Below, piece after piece: positions 1 through 10,362 of a stretch of DNA of 64,000 nt (positions are counted from its first letter, which is position 1; each line of letters begins with the position of its first letter). The stretch comes from an uncultured bacterium (GTDB taxonomy: Bacteria > CSSED10-310 > CAZUFC01), in the NCBI GenBank assembly GCA_964619725.1, contig CAZUFC010000012.1, forward strand, positions 21,161 through 85,160, read 5' to 3'. The translations under genes were made by a program, and so were the position numbers. The notes under the pieces were generated by a model, which made no database searches, was not told the origin of the DNA, and saw nothing but the letters and a program-made list of their open reading frames with translations.

Positions 1-1
1 C

Positions 2-295
2 CAGGCATTCAGGAAATGGCGACAAACCGGGGGAAGACTTTCCGATCATATTGCCGGAGTTAGGGATATGCCTCGAAGCGTGGTGGAGATGTTTCGTTCG
101 GGAGAGGAGACAGGCAATCTGGACGACATGATGTTCCGTGCGGGGCGGAATCTTGAAGAAGAGGCAGAAACGACGCTGCAAAGGTTTACGAAATTGATCG
201 GGCCTGTTATTCTGTTGCTGGCGTTGCTTGTACTGGCATTTTTAATTTTTAATTTTTACAATCGGTTATTTTCCAGTTTTTCAGGATTATCATAG
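2..295 (+). CDS. GspF/PilC-family secretion or pilus platform protein, C-terminal fragment (5' end lies outside the window)
   Basis: The frame is open from the window edge to TAG at 293-295. The segment EMFRSGEETGNLDDMM...LQRF plus the terminal TM helix LIGPVILLLALLVLAFLIF matches the conserved C-terminal repeat of T2SS-F/PilC proteins. Confidence 0.7.
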   Translation, partial: QAFRKWRQTGGRLSDHIAGVRDMPRSVVEMFRSGEETGNLDDMMFRAGRNLEEEAETTLQRFTKLIGPVILLLALLVLAFLIFNFYNRLFSSFSGLS

Positions 296-309
296 ATTCC
301 GGCGCAGCC

Positions 310-1620
310 ATGGGCATTTTAACGAAAATACATAATGAGCAAGGGGTAATATTCCGGCGACGAATGTTCGTCCTTTTTCTGCAGCTGTTTTTTCTCGCCG
401 TTCAGGCATCAGGGCTCGAAATAGAGTTGGAATCTTTTTCCGGTAATGATTACCCGGAGATATCCATGTTGTTCAGCGTAAGAGAATCCGGCCGAAGGAT
501 GCTGGCATTGGATGCGGAATATTTTGGCGTCATTGAGGACGACCGGCATCTGGAAAGAGGGACGAAGGAACCTGACGAGCAGTCTGTTTCAGGTTATATG
601 ATCGAGGAAAAACCGGAAGGGTATTTTCTGAGTTACGTCAGTCCTTCCTCCAGAGGACCCGGAGCGGTTCATACGGTGGAGATATCGGTGAAATACGGAA
701 CGCAGAGCGCCCGAACATCTTTCGAGTATTTAGAGGAAAACGGATTACGGGAAGCCCCGGAAACCGGAGAAATGAAAAGTGAGGAACCGGGACGAGAGGG
801 ATACATTATCGAAGCCGTAATATTTTCAGCCGTATTGCTGATTGCAGCGGTCGTCGCCTGTTTAATGATCAAGAAGAAACGAAAGGCGCGCGTAAGGCGT
901 TGCCCCCGCTGCGGCGAACCGTATGAAAAGGGAATCAGTTATTGCATATATTGCGAAGACGGCAGTGAGATTTCTGAAGAGGCGGCGGAATCGTCGCGGG
1001 AGGTTCTCGGCGAGGATATTAACGAGAAGAAACCGAAGGAAGAAAAGGCCTTGATTGAGGAGGATCGGGATACTGAAAGGGAAGGCGTTCAGGCGGAAGA
1101 AGAACAGGAGGCTGGTTCGGTTGAAAAGGAGCAGGATGAAGGTGAGGAAGGAGCGGGTGAGACCTGGGAAACGGAAGAACCTGTTGAAGGCGAGGGTCGT
1201 GAGCAAGCGGGAGCAGGAATTGATGTAAGCGATGAAGAGGAGAGAGTCGCAGAATTGGACGAGGCGGAGGAATCAGAAGCAGACATTGATAAAACCCCTG
1301 TTTACAGGCAAATACACGCAATCATGATCGAAACCAGAGACGAAAAGCCTCTTGAAGTTAAGCTGGATCAAACGAGAAAGTACCTGATAGGCCGGCATGA
1401 GACGGCTGACATTGCATTGAGCGATGATAAGCTCAGTCCGATACAGGCGGAATTATCTTTCCATGAGGGCGCCTGGTTATTGAAGAATTTGAATCAGGCT
1501 TTAGAAATGACGGTCAACGGAGCAGTCGAAAAGGAACATGTATTAAAGTCTAAAGACGAAGTGCGGATAGGTCAGACGACCATCCGGTATTCATTCGAAT
1601 TAAAGAGGACTCAGACATAG
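310..1620 (+). CDS. FHA-domain membrane protein with zinc-ribbon and acidic linker
   Basis: It has an N-terminal signal/TM, a TM helix (AVIFSAVLLIAAVVACLMI), a CPRCG...CIYCEDG zinc ribbon and a Glu-rich low-complexity stretch. The C-terminus (YLIGRHETADIALSDDKLSPIQAEL...VRIGQTTIRY) is an FHA fold signature. Confidence 0.7.
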   Translation: MGILTKIHNEQGVIFRRRMFVLFLQLFFLAVQASGLEIELESFSGNDYPEISMLFSVRESGRRMLALDAEYFGVIEDDRHLERGTKEPDEQSVSGYMIEEKPEGYFLSYVSPSSRGPGAVHTVEISVKYGTQSARTSFEYLEENGLREAPETGEMKSEEPGREGYIIEAVIFSAVLLIAAVVACLMIKKKRKARVRRCPRCGEPYEKGISYCIYCEDGSEISEEAAESSREVLGEDINEKKPKEEKALIEEDRDTEREGVQAEEEQEAGSVEKEQDEGEEGAGETWETEEPVEGEGREQAGAGIDVSDEEERVAELDEAEESEADIDKTPVYRQIHAIMIETRDEKPLEVKLDQTRKYLIGRHETADIALSDDKLSPIQAELSFHEGAWLLKNLNQALEMTVNGAVEKEHVLKSKDEVRIGQTTIRYSFELKRTQT

Positions 1621-1639
1621 AATCGGAGGAACAAGCAGT

Positions 1640-2461
1640 ATGCAGCATCACGGCATTATAACGTTAACCACGGATTTCGGATTAAAAGACCCTTTCGTAG
1701 GTATAATGAAAGGCGTGATCCTCTCGATTTTTCCGGAAGCGAACATCATTGACGTGACTCACAATATAGACACCTTCAGCATTGAAAAGACGGCTTATTT
1801 GCTGGAGTATGCGTATGCGAATTTTCCCAGCCGCACTGTTCACATAGTGGTGGTTGATCCGGGAGTCGGCGGGCCAAGGCGGCCGATTGTAGTATCGGCT
1901 GACGATCATTTTTTTATGGCGCCCGACAACGGGGTATTGACCAGGATATTGAACAAGACGATGAGTCCACTTATTTTTGAATTGCAGCAGACTCATTATT
2001 TTTTTAAATCCGGCAAGGGAACGACTTTTCAGGGAAGGGACATTTTTGCGGCTGCGGCGGCCTGGTTGAGCAAGACGCTCGAGCCTGCCAATTTCGGTGA
2101 GGAAGTCAATGACCCTGTGCTTTTGGATTTACCTGAAGCGCAGGAGCAGGGAAATCGCATATCAGGGGAAATCATATACATTGATCATTTCGGCAATTTA
2201 ATCTCCAATATAACTCAGGATTACGTAATGGAATTCCTGAAGCGGAAGGGTGCGGAGAACGCAACCGTTACGATCGGCGATCACAGGATCAAGGGGATTT
2301 CGACGGCGTATGAGGAAAGCGACGGCAGGCGACCGGTAGCCGTTTTCGACGGACTGGGCGCACTGGAGATAGCGGTAAAGGAAAATTCAGCAGAAAAGGT
2401 TCTTGGATTAAGCAGGAAAGAGAAGATCATAGTGGAAGCTTCCGGAGGAAATATACAATGA
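1640..2461 (+). CDS. SAM hydrolase / SAM-dependent halogenase family protein (DUF62, SAM hydroxide adenosyltransferase-like)
   Basis: The N-terminus ITLTTDFGLKDPFVGIMKGVI and the VVVDPGVG motif are characteristic of the DUF62 family. Confidence 0.8.
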   Translation: MQHHGIITLTTDFGLKDPFVGIMKGVILSIFPEANIIDVTHNIDTFSIEKTAYLLEYAYANFPSRTVHIVVVDPGVGGPRRPIVVSADDHFFMAPDNGVLTRILNKTMSPLIFELQQTHYFFKSGKGTTFQGRDIFAAAAAWLSKTLEPANFGEEVNDPVLLDLPEAQEQGNRISGEIIYIDHFGNLISNITQDYVMEFLKRKGAENATVTIGDHRIKGISTAYEESDGRRPVAVFDGLGALEIAVKENSAEKVLGLSRKEKIIVEASGGNIQ

Positions 2462-3264
2462 AGGGGACGGCAAACAGAAGGAACGCGATTTTATCCGCAG
2501 CAGCAATATTCTTTGCTCTGGTCATCATGTCCTTGACGGGGTGCGCATCGTTGAAGAAGAACAAAGAGCTGAGAATGAAGGCTCAGATCAATTACAATAC
2601 GGGCGTGGAGTATCTCAATATAGGCGAATACAGCGTGGCGATGGACAATTTTCTGAAAGCCCAGCAGTATGCGCCGGACGATCCCATGATACACAACGGC
2701 AAAGGACTGGCTTTTCTGGGTCAGGGACGTCCTCATGAGGCTCGTATTGAATTTGAAAAGGCGCTGGAGTTAAACGACGACATACCGGAGATATACACGA
2801 ATCTGGGCAATGCTTTGATGGCACAGGGATTATATGACAAGGCCATTGAAAAATTTCAGGAAGCGTTGAATGACCCGGGCTACCGTTATCCTGCTTCGGC
2901 TTTGTATGCGAAAGCTCAATGTCTTATCAGTCTGGGTCGGGATGAGGATGCCCGGGAAGCGCTGCAGGAGGCCATCCGGCACGAGCCTTCTTACGACAGA
3001 CCCTATTACAGTTTGGGTATGCTGGCCAGAAAGGACGACAAGCTCCGGGAAGCTATCAGGTATTTCGATTCTGCAGTCAAGAGCAATCCGTATGCATGGG
3101 AGTCCTGGTATCAGTCCGCGCTGACCTATTTAGACATGAACGATGAGGAAGAAGCGATAAGGCGTTTAAGAAGAATAAGAAATAATGCGCCGGAAAATAC
3201 GATTTTTTATAAAAAAGCAGGCGAATTGCTTCAGTCGCTCGAAACGCCCGTCTTAAACCGGTGA
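2458..3264 (+). CDS. TPR-repeat lipoprotein (PilF/PilW-like)
   Basis: It has a lipobox (LTGCAS) after a hydrophobic signal and multiple TPR-type repeats (YNTGVEYLNIGEYSVAMDNFLKAQ...). Its start overlaps the upstream stop by 4 nt. Confidence 0.6.
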   Translation: MKGTANRRNAILSAAAIFFALVIMSLTGCASLKKNKELRMKAQINYNTGVEYLNIGEYSVAMDNFLKAQQYAPDDPMIHNGKGLAFLGQGRPHEARIEFEKALELNDDIPEIYTNLGNALMAQGLYDKAIEKFQEALNDPGYRYPASALYAKAQCLISLGRDEDAREALQEAIRHEPSYDRPYYSLGMLARKDDKLREAIRYFDSAVKSNPYAWESWYQSALTYLDMNDEEEAIRRLRRIRNNAPENTIFYKKAGELLQSLETPVLNR

Positions 3265-3276
3265 CGCAATACCGCC

Positions 3277-4185
3277 ATGAGCCCCTTATATAAAAGCAGT
3301 CTGGATTCCGGCCGATTGGACCGGAAGAGGGAACAAGCGAAACGCATGTTGCAGCAATGCCGTTTATGTCCCCGGTTATGTGAAATCGACAGGACAACCG
3401 GACAACTCGGGTATTGCCGGGCCGGCATCGAACCCGTTATTTCCGGCGCTCATGCGCACTTCGGAGAAGAAGCCCCGCTCGTCGGTCATTCCGGGTCGGG
3501 AACCATTTTCATGACTTATTGCAGTTTAGGCTGCATCTTTTGTCAGAACTATGATATCAGTCATCTTCACAGAGGTAAAAAAATAAGCGTGGAACAGCTC
3601 GCGGCAATTATGCTGGAGCTTCAGAGGCAGGGTTGCTGCAATATAAACGCCGTCTCTCCCACTCACTACGTTCCGCAAATAATAGAAGCCCTGCGCAAAG
3701 CGGCGGAACAGGGCTTGAGTATTCCTTTCGTTTACAATTGCGGCGGCTATGAAGAGCAGGAGACCTTAAAAATCCTGGACGGCATTACGGATATTTACAT
3801 GCCTGATTTTAAATTTCTCGACAAGGATGTATGCCGTAAATTTTTGAATGCTTCGGATTACCCCGAAAAGATTAAAGCCGCTCTAAAAGAAATGCATCAT
3901 CAGGTCGGAGACCTGGTTATAAATCGAAAAGGGACGGCTGAGAGGGGGCTGCTGATTCGTCACCTGGTCATGCCCGGAATGCTTAAAGACACGAAGGAAA
4001 TCTTGCGTTTTATCGCGGAAGAAATATCAGAAAATACTTACGTTAACATCATGAAGCAATATCATCCCCAATACAGGGCGTTTGATTATCCCGAAATTTC
4101 CAGGCGAATCACCAGGAAAGAATATGAAGAAGCTTGCCGGTTCGCACTGGAATTAGGCTTACACAGGGGATTCCCTCATTTTTGA
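3277..4185 (+). CDS. Radical SAM protein, PflX-like (related to pyruvate formate-lyase activase)
   Basis: It carries the CxxxCxxC cluster motif CSLGCIFCQNYDIS, preceded by a Cys-rich N-terminus (CRLCPRLCE...GYCR). Confidence 0.75.
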   Translation: MSPLYKSSLDSGRLDRKREQAKRMLQQCRLCPRLCEIDRTTGQLGYCRAGIEPVISGAHAHFGEEAPLVGHSGSGTIFMTYCSLGCIFCQNYDISHLHRGKKISVEQLAAIMLELQRQGCCNINAVSPTHYVPQIIEALRKAAEQGLSIPFVYNCGGYEEQETLKILDGITDIYMPDFKFLDKDVCRKFLNASDYPEKIKAALKEMHHQVGDLVINRKGTAERGLLIRHLVMPGMLKDTKEILRFIAEEISENTYVNIMKQYHPQYRAFDYPEISRRITRKEYEEACRFALELGLHRGFPHF

Positions 4186-4223
4186 ACCGGCGACGGTCCT
4201 GGAGATGTTAAAGGAGGAGGCAT

Positions 4224-6590
4224 TTGAAACTTCTTTCAAAATTCAAGATACGAAAATTGGAAAAATCGATAAAACGATACCCTCATATAGCCGAAAATTA
4301 CTTTGAATTGGCAAGATCGTATCGTGATGCTGAGAATTATGAGGAAGCCGCTTCGACGATACGCGACTTTCTGGAGGCGAACCCGGAATCGGAAGAGCGC
4401 AACCGCGGCCTTTTCTTGCTGGCCGATACAGCGTACCGGAGCGGCAATCATGATGAGGCATGGCAATGGTTGTCGAAAATAGAAGGGCTGCAGAACAGTG
4501 AATTGCAATCGGAAATATCTTATTTGAAAGGCAGTTTGCTGTATTTGAATGCCGAATCGGAACCGGAAAAGACTGATGCCGCCATTGAGGAGTTAAAGGC
4601 CGGCGCAGCAGGGATAAAGGATGCTGAGAGAAGGACGGTGGCGAACGACCGATTGGCGACTCTTTATGAGAAGAAAGGAGACTGGGGCAACGCGGTAAAG
4701 CATTGGGAAGCGAAAATAGAGCTTATGGGCAAGCAGTCGGAGAAGAGCCGGGAGCGGACTGCGGCATTAATGAAGGCGGCGGAGACATCAGAAAAAAAAC
4801 TGAACGATTCGGTAAAAGCGGCGCGATATTATGAAAAAATATTACAGGAGGGGGATATTCCGCTTGACGAGACGATTTATATTTACTTGAGATTAGCCGA
4901 CATATCGAAAAGGGACGAGGACCCTATCAGCGCCGTGGAGAAATATGAGACGGCATTGCGTTACATAGGGCGTGAGGATTCGGAGAGGGCGGCTGAAACG
5001 ATGGTGAAGCTGTCGGAGCTTTACCGTGAGACGGGGCGTGATGAACAGGCGAAGCAGGAGCTGGGCCGTGCGATGAAATTAAAAGAGGTTCCGTCAGGAT
5101 TACGTTACAGGATACTGAAGGATTTGGCAGAACAGGACCGAGAGCGTGAGCAGCACGAAGCAGCGCTGGCTCTGGAGCGTCAAGCGGAGCAGTATGGAGA
5201 CGAGGCGCAGAAAAAGGAGACTCGATATCGTCAGGGAGAGGATTTAATGAATCTCGGCAGACGCGACGAGGCTCTGGAGCTGATCGAGCCGGCGCTTCAT
5301 GACGAGGGAGCTTCTGAGGAGATGTCTGTCGAAGCCTATTATAAAATGAAAGCTCTGGCGGCCAGGATTTACTTTTCACGGGGAAATATTGCTGCGGCGG
5401 CGACTTACGCTAGCGAGGCGGCCGAGGAAGAAAACGTTCCGGACCTTTATTGGATACTGGCCGAAACAGCCTATGATGATGATCGGATCATTGAATCTTT
5501 AAGATATTATTTGAGGATATGCGATGAATTTCGGGGCTCCCCGGAGCGATCCGAAGCCATGAAAAAGCTGAAGCGGATTCGGGAAAGGTTTTCTTCGGAG
5601 GAAGAACGAAGTAAAGCGTCGCTCAGCCGCAAGGAGATGCAGGAGCTGGATCGAATATTGGAGACGGTTGGCGAGGAGACGGACCTGATCCGCCGATTAA
5701 GAAAAGGACTGACGAAAACCCAGATGGGACTGGTAGGCGGCATTGAGAACCTTCTGCGAGGAAGAAGCGACATTGATGAGGATGTTCTTGATGAGCTGGA
5801 GGAGCTTCTCATATTGTCGGATATGGGAGTTGAAACGACGCAATCCATCATGGACCCGATACGCGAGGGTTTGGAGCGAGGAGAAATCAAGGGACCTCAA
5901 AGCGTGCGGGACCAGATACGTTCTAATTTGCAGGAGATATTATCGGATCATACGGCCCAAATTAACATAGATGCTCATAAACCTTTCGTCATAATGATGG
6001 TGGGCGTTAACGGGGTGGGGAAAACCACAACGATCGCCAAGCTGGCCAGGAAGTTCAAGGATGAAGGAAAATCGGTATTGCTGGCTGCAGCGGACACTTT
6101 TCGGGCGGGAGCGATTGAACAGCTTACGGAATGGGGCAATCGGCTTGAGCTGGACGTCGTCAAACAGAAAGCCGGTACAGACCCTTCGGCTGTGGCTTAT
6201 GATGCCGTGCAGGCCGCCGTATCGCGGGACATGGATTGTCTGATTATCGATACGGCAGGTCGCCTTCATACAAAGGTCAACCTGATGGAAGAACTGAAAA
6301 AGATCAGGCGTGTTATCTCGAAGAACCTGGATGGCGCCCCGCACGAAATATTACTGGTGGTAGATGCCACCACAGGACAGAATGCGGTCAACCAGGCGCA
6401 GATTTTCAAGGAAGCCGTGGATGTGAGCGGTCTGATTCTGACCAAGCTGGACGGCACCGCCAAGGGCGGAATTATCGTGAGAATCGCTAATGAATATAAT
6501 ATCCCTATTGAATTTATCGGAATAGGCGAAAAAATGGATGATTTGCGCCAATTCAAAGCCGACGAATTCGTCAAGGCGCTGTTCGACTGA
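4224..6590 (+). CDS. ftsY: Signal recognition particle receptor FtsY with a ~480-aa helical-repeat N-terminal extension
   Basis: The C-terminal NG domain shows GVNGVGKTTTIAKLA, DTAGRLH, TKLDGTAKGG and IGIGEKMDDL. The start codon is TTG. Confidence 0.9.
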   Translation: MKLLSKFKIRKLEKSIKRYPHIAENYFELARSYRDAENYEEAASTIRDFLEANPESEERNRGLFLLADTAYRSGNHDEAWQWLSKIEGLQNSELQSEISYLKGSLLYLNAESEPEKTDAAIEELKAGAAGIKDAERRTVANDRLATLYEKKGDWGNAVKHWEAKIELMGKQSEKSRERTAALMKAAETSEKKLNDSVKAARYYEKILQEGDIPLDETIYIYLRLADISKRDEDPISAVEKYETALRYIGREDSERAAETMVKLSELYRETGRDEQAKQELGRAMKLKEVPSGLRYRILKDLAEQDREREQHEAALALERQAEQYGDEAQKKETRYRQGEDLMNLGRRDEALELIEPALHDEGASEEMSVEAYYKMKALAARIYFSRGNIAAAATYASEAAEEENVPDLYWILAETAYDDDRIIESLRYYLRICDEFRGSPERSEAMKKLKRIRERFSSEEERSKASLSRKEMQELDRILETVGEETDLIRRLRKGLTKTQMGLVGGIENLLRGRSDIDEDVLDELEELLILSDMGVETTQSIMDPIREGLERGEIKGPQSVRDQIRSNLQEILSDHTAQINIDAHKPFVIMMVGVNGVGKTTTIAKLARKFKDEGKSVLLAAADTFRAGAIEQLTEWGNRLELDVVKQKAGTDPSAVAYDAVQAAVSRDMDCLIIDTAGRLHTKVNLMEELKKIRRVISKNLDGAPHEILLVVDATTGQNAVNQAQIFKEAVDVSGLILTKLDGTAKGGIIVRIANEYNIPIEFIGIGEKMDDLRQFKADEFVKALFD

Positions 6591-7771
6591 TGGAAAGTGA
6601 ATTTACCGAGCTGGATGCCGTTTTCATGCGAAAAGCGCTGAAACTGGCGCAAAAGGGCAGCGGACGCACAAGCCCCAATCCAATGGTTGGAGCGGTCATA
6701 GTCTCTGACGGCAAAGTCGTTTCTCAAGGTTATCATCATTATTTGGGAGCTCCTCACGCAGAAGCGGATGCCCTCAGTAAAGCAGTATCATCAGGAACGG
6801 ATTTGACAGGAGCGACTTTATACGTCAACCTGGAACCCTGTTGTCACTATGGTCGAACGCCTCCATGCGTTCACATCATCATTGAATCAGGCATCAAGAG
6901 GGTTGTGGCCGCCATGAAGGACCCCAATCCCCTGGTCGGCGGTAAAGGCTTTGATATACTGAGAAACAGCGGCATATCCGTCAACTGCGGATTGCTTGAA
7001 AAGGAAGCGCGAAAACTCAACGAGGCTTACGTCAAATTTATAACGACATCCATGCCTTTTGTTACCGTTAAAGCAGCCATAAGTCTCGACGGCAAAACCA
7101 GCACGGCGGCAGGAGATTCCCGCTGGATCAGCAGCCCCCAATCACTGAAACGATCCCGCCGCGCCAGGTCGTTCGTGGATGCCATCGTCGCAGGAAAGAC
7201 TACCGTTCTAAAGGATAATCCTCTTCTGACGGCACGGAACGAAAAAAAAACATTAACCGCACAACCTCTCGCCGTTATCCTAGATTCACGCCTGGAAATA
7301 CCGCCTGATTATAAAATATTTACGACAACCGAAAGAAGAAAAGTATTCGTATATTGCAGCTTAGATGCACCAAAGGAGAAAGTTAAACGACTTCAAAATG
7401 AAGGCATCGACGTTATTCCTGTTCCAGACTGCCCATATTCCGGAAAACCACCCGCCCGATCACCCTCTTCCCGCAGCGGACTTGATCTTCATGCCGTCAT
7501 GAGAGACCTGGGACAAAAACAAACGGCGTCAGTACTCGTCGAAGGCGGTCCGACGCTCCATTTTTCTTTTTTCGAGAGCAGGCTGGCGGATAAAATCGAA
7601 TTTTACATCGCTCCTATGATAATCGGTGGCGTTAAAGCGCCGACGGCTGTGGACGGGAAAGGTTTTTCAGCGATCGGCGATACGATCGGAATCGAAGACA
7701 TGCAAGTAAGGCGGCTCGGAAATGACTTATTTATTCAGGGATATCCGGTTTATCCGGAATCGGACAAATGA
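6590..7771 (+). CDS. ribD: Bifunctional riboflavin biosynthesis deaminase/reductase RibD
   Basis: It has the deaminase motifs HAEADAL and LEPCCHYGRTPPC, plus a C-terminal reductase domain. Its start overlaps the ftsY stop (ATGA). Confidence 0.92.
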   Translation: MESEFTELDAVFMRKALKLAQKGSGRTSPNPMVGAVIVSDGKVVSQGYHHYLGAPHAEADALSKAVSSGTDLTGATLYVNLEPCCHYGRTPPCVHIIIESGIKRVVAAMKDPNPLVGGKGFDILRNSGISVNCGLLEKEARKLNEAYVKFITTSMPFVTVKAAISLDGKTSTAAGDSRWISSPQSLKRSRRARSFVDAIVAGKTTVLKDNPLLTARNEKKTLTAQPLAVILDSRLEIPPDYKIFTTTERRKVFVYCSLDAPKEKVKRLQNEGIDVIPVPDCPYSGKPPARSPSSRSGLDLHAVMRDLGQKQTASVLVEGGPTLHFSFFESRLADKIEFYIAPMIIGGVKAPTAVDGKGFSAIGDTIGIEDMQVRRLGNDLFIQGYPVYPESDK

Positions 7772-7857
7772 CTTTTTTTATAAAGGCGCCGGTACAGAGG
7801 CGAAAGAATGCTGTCCGGCCGTTTTAGAACCTATTTCAATCGCCGGGATGATCTGAA

Positions 7858-8466
7858 ATGTTTACAGGCATAATAACAGAAATCGGCAGAATCGAATCTA
7901 TGAAAAACCACGGCCGGAGAGGCGCCGAATTAACTCTTGCCGCTCCCGAAACGACCGACGGCCTTTCAGTCGGACAAAGCGTCGCAGTAAACGGCTGTTG
8001 CCTCACCGTAACTTCCCTAAGAGGAAAAACCTTCACCGCTGACGTCTCACCGGAAACTTTAAATAAATCCAATCTGGACTCGCTGAAAAGGGGAAGCATT
8101 GTAAACCTGGAAAGGGCTATGGGACTTCAGGACCGACTGGAAGGGCATCTCGTCCAGGGCCACGTCGATGGTACAGGAAAAATCAAAAAAATACGGAAAC
8201 TCTCGCAGTTCACCGAATTGCACATCAATATTCCCTCCCCACTGGCTGAACAGTTGATCCTCAAAGGGTCCATCGCCCTGGATGGAGTCAGTCTCACCAT
8301 CAACGATTTGAAGGGGAACGTTCTCTTCGTTACCGTAATTCCTCATACGGCATCTCAAACCATCATTAAAAACTACAAAACCGCCTCCGTCGTAAATATT
8401 GAAACAGACATGATCGGCAAGTATGTGCGCCGGTACCTGGACAGCATGGGACGCTCCTTTCGTTAA
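7858..8466 (+). CDS. ribE: Riboflavin synthase (alpha chain)
   Basis: It has the MFTGIITEIGRI start and the duplicated lumazine-binding repeat (GCCLTV / GVSLTI). Confidence 0.92.
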   Translation: MFTGIITEIGRIESMKNHGRRGAELTLAAPETTDGLSVGQSVAVNGCCLTVTSLRGKTFTADVSPETLNKSNLDSLKRGSIVNLERAMGLQDRLEGHLVQGHVDGTGKIKKIRKLSQFTELHINIPSPLAEQLILKGSIALDGVSLTINDLKGNVLFVTVIPHTASQTIIKNYKTASVVNIETDMIGKYVRRYLDSMGRSFR

Positions 8467-8573
8467 ATTATTTGCCGCTCCAATAGCTTCGCTCTCACGA
8501 GTATCGCAAACCGCTGTTACTTGCCCGGAATGAATAAAATTCATACAGATATGAAAAGAATCCGATTATTAAC

Positions 8574-8602
8574 TTGCCAATATCTTTTCTTTAACATATA
8601 AT
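8574..8602 (+). promoter_or_regulatory. Sigma-70-type promoter for ribBA-ribH-nusB
   Basis: TTGCCA, a 17-nt spacer, then TATAAT, lying 44 nt upstream of ATG 8646. Confidence 0.5.
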
Positions 8603-8645
8603 GAAATGCTCATAATTCCCTTTGTTTCAGCAAGGAGAGGCAAAA

Positions 8646-9866
8646 ATGAGCGAAAGAGATACTTTCGAATTCGATTGCATAGAGGATGCAGTAGAAGATA
8701 TTCGTCAGGGTAAAATCGTCATCGTGGTTGATGATGAGGACCGCGAGAACGAAGGTGATTTCCTGATGGCTGCGGAAAAAGCTTCGCCTGAAGCGATCAA
8801 TTTCATGGCTCAGCACGGTCGCGGACTTATCTGTTTGCCTATGACGAAAAAACGATTGGATGAACTTAATTTACAATTGATGGTGTCAGAAAACACGGCG
8901 CCCTATAAAACCGCTTTCACCGTTTCGATTGACGCACGGGAGGGCATAACGACAGGCATATCGGCCGCCGACCGGGCGGTCACTATACTGAAGGCGGCTG
9001 ACCCTCATTCCAAAGCGGAAGATTTCGTCAGGCCGGGTCACATGTTTCCTTTGGTGGCCAAGAAGGGCGGCGTACTTAAAAGGACCGGACACACTGAGGC
9101 GGCCATTGACCTGACTCGACTGGCCGGATTCTATCCTGCAGGCGTCATTTGCGAAATTCTTCGCCCGGATGGAACTATGGCCCGGCTTCCCGATCTGATG
9201 AAATATCGCGAAGAATTCGGCTTAAAAATAATAACGGTGGCCGATCTGATCGAGTATCGCATCAAGACGGAAAAGCTGGTCAAGAGGGTTGCTGAAACGG
9301 TCCTGCCGACCGACTTCGGCGACTTCCGGCTCATAGTCTTCGAGTCGTTGGTCGACGCCGAGCAGCATGTCGCTCTGGTCAAGGGCGAAATTGATCCGGA
9401 AAAGCCCGTCCTGTGTCGCGTTCATTCGGCTTGTCTGACGGGAGACGTTTTCGGATCGCACAGGTGCGATTGCGGTCAGCAGTTGCAAAAAGCCATGGAG
9501 TTGACGACGAAAGAAGGCAGCGGCGTAATAATATACATGCAGCAGGAGGGACGCGGCATCGGTCTGGGTAATAAGATCAAGGCTTACAGGCTTCAGGATC
9601 ACGGGAAAGACACGGTGCAGGCCAATCTGGAGCTGGGCTTTAAAGTCGATGAACGGAATTACGGCATTGGGGCCCAGATTTTTCGCGACCTGGGCGTCAG
9701 AAAAATCAGGCTGATGACCAACAATCTCAAAAAATTCGTCGCCCTGAAAGGTTACGGATTGACGGTTGTTGAGCGAGTCCCGCTGGAAATTTGTCCATTG
9801 AAGGAAAATCAGAAATATCTTAAAACCAAGAAAGAAAAAATGGGCCATTTATTAACACTGGTTTGA
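8646..9866 (+). CDS. ribBA: Bifunctional 3,4-dihydroxy-2-butanone-4-phosphate synthase / GTP cyclohydrolase II
   Basis: It shows [11 protein letters not shown] (DHBP synthase) and CDCG...QQEGRGIGL (GCH II). I prefer ATG at 8646 with an AGGAGAGG RBS over the TTG at 8622 in the ORF track. Confidence 0.92.
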   Translation: MSERDTFEFDCIEDAVEDIRQGKIVIVVDDEDRENEGDFLMAAEKASPEAINFMAQHGRGLICLPMTKKRLDELNLQLMVSENTAPYKTAFTVSIDAREGITTGISAADRAVTILKAADPHSKAEDFVRPGHMFPLVAKKGGVLKRTGHTEAAIDLTRLAGFYPAGVICEILRPDGTMARLPDLMKYREEFGLKIITVADLIEYRIKTEKLVKRVAETVLPTDFGDFRLIVFESLVDAEQHVALVKGEIDPEKPVLCRVHSACLTGDVFGSHRCDCGQQLQKAMELTTKEGSGVIIYMQQEGRGIGLGNKIKAYRLQDHGKDTVQANLELGFKVDERNYGIGAQIFRDLGVRKIRLMTNNLKKFVALKGYGLTVVERVPLEICPLKENQKYLKTKKEKMGHLLTLV

Positions 9867-9891
9867 CGAAATACCGTACAGAAGGTTTAAC

Positions 9892-10356
9892 ATGAACACC
9901 ATAAACGGACAATACAAGGGAAAAGACGTAAGAATCGGCATCGTGGTCAGCCGATTCAATGAAGCAGTCACAGGAAAATTGCTGGAAGGAGCGATAGATG
10001 CTTTAACCCGGCATGAGGTAAAAGATGAGCATATAACGACGATTTGGACGCCTGGCGCATTTGAAATTCCGGCTACGGCCCAAAGAGTTGTGGAAACCAA
10101 CAGATATGAAGCCGTCATATGTTTAGGAGCGGTTATACGAGGCGATACGCCTCATTTTGATTACATTGCCGCGGAAGTGACCAAGGGTATTGCTCAGGTG
10201 AGCATGACGGCACAGATTCCCGTTATTTTCGGCGTCTTGACGACGGATACGGTCGAACAGGCCGTCGACAGGGCCGGCGCTAAAGCCGGCAACAAGGGAT
10301 TTAATGCCGCTCTGGCAGCGCTGGAAATGATCAGTCTGTATAAAACGATAGTTTGA
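9892..10356 (+). CDS. ribH: 6,7-dimethyl-8-ribityllumazine synthase
   Basis: It shows IGIVVSRFNE...TPGAFEIP...GAVIRGDTPHFDYI, the canonical RibH motifs. Confidence 0.93.
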   Translation: MNTINGQYKGKDVRIGIVVSRFNEAVTGKLLEGAIDALTRHEVKDEHITTIWTPGAFEIPATAQRVVETNRYEAVICLGAVIRGDTPHFDYIAAEVTKGIAQVSMTAQIPVIFGVLTTDTVEQAVDRAGAKAGNKGFNAALAALEMISLYKTIV

Positions 10357-10362
10357 ACGCCC

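Noticed and set aside
7772-8645. An FMN (RFN) riboswitch upstream of ribE or ribBA.
   Set aside because: The conserved RFN core could not be found by eye in either spacer. It is left as an absence to be confirmed by a covariance-model scan.
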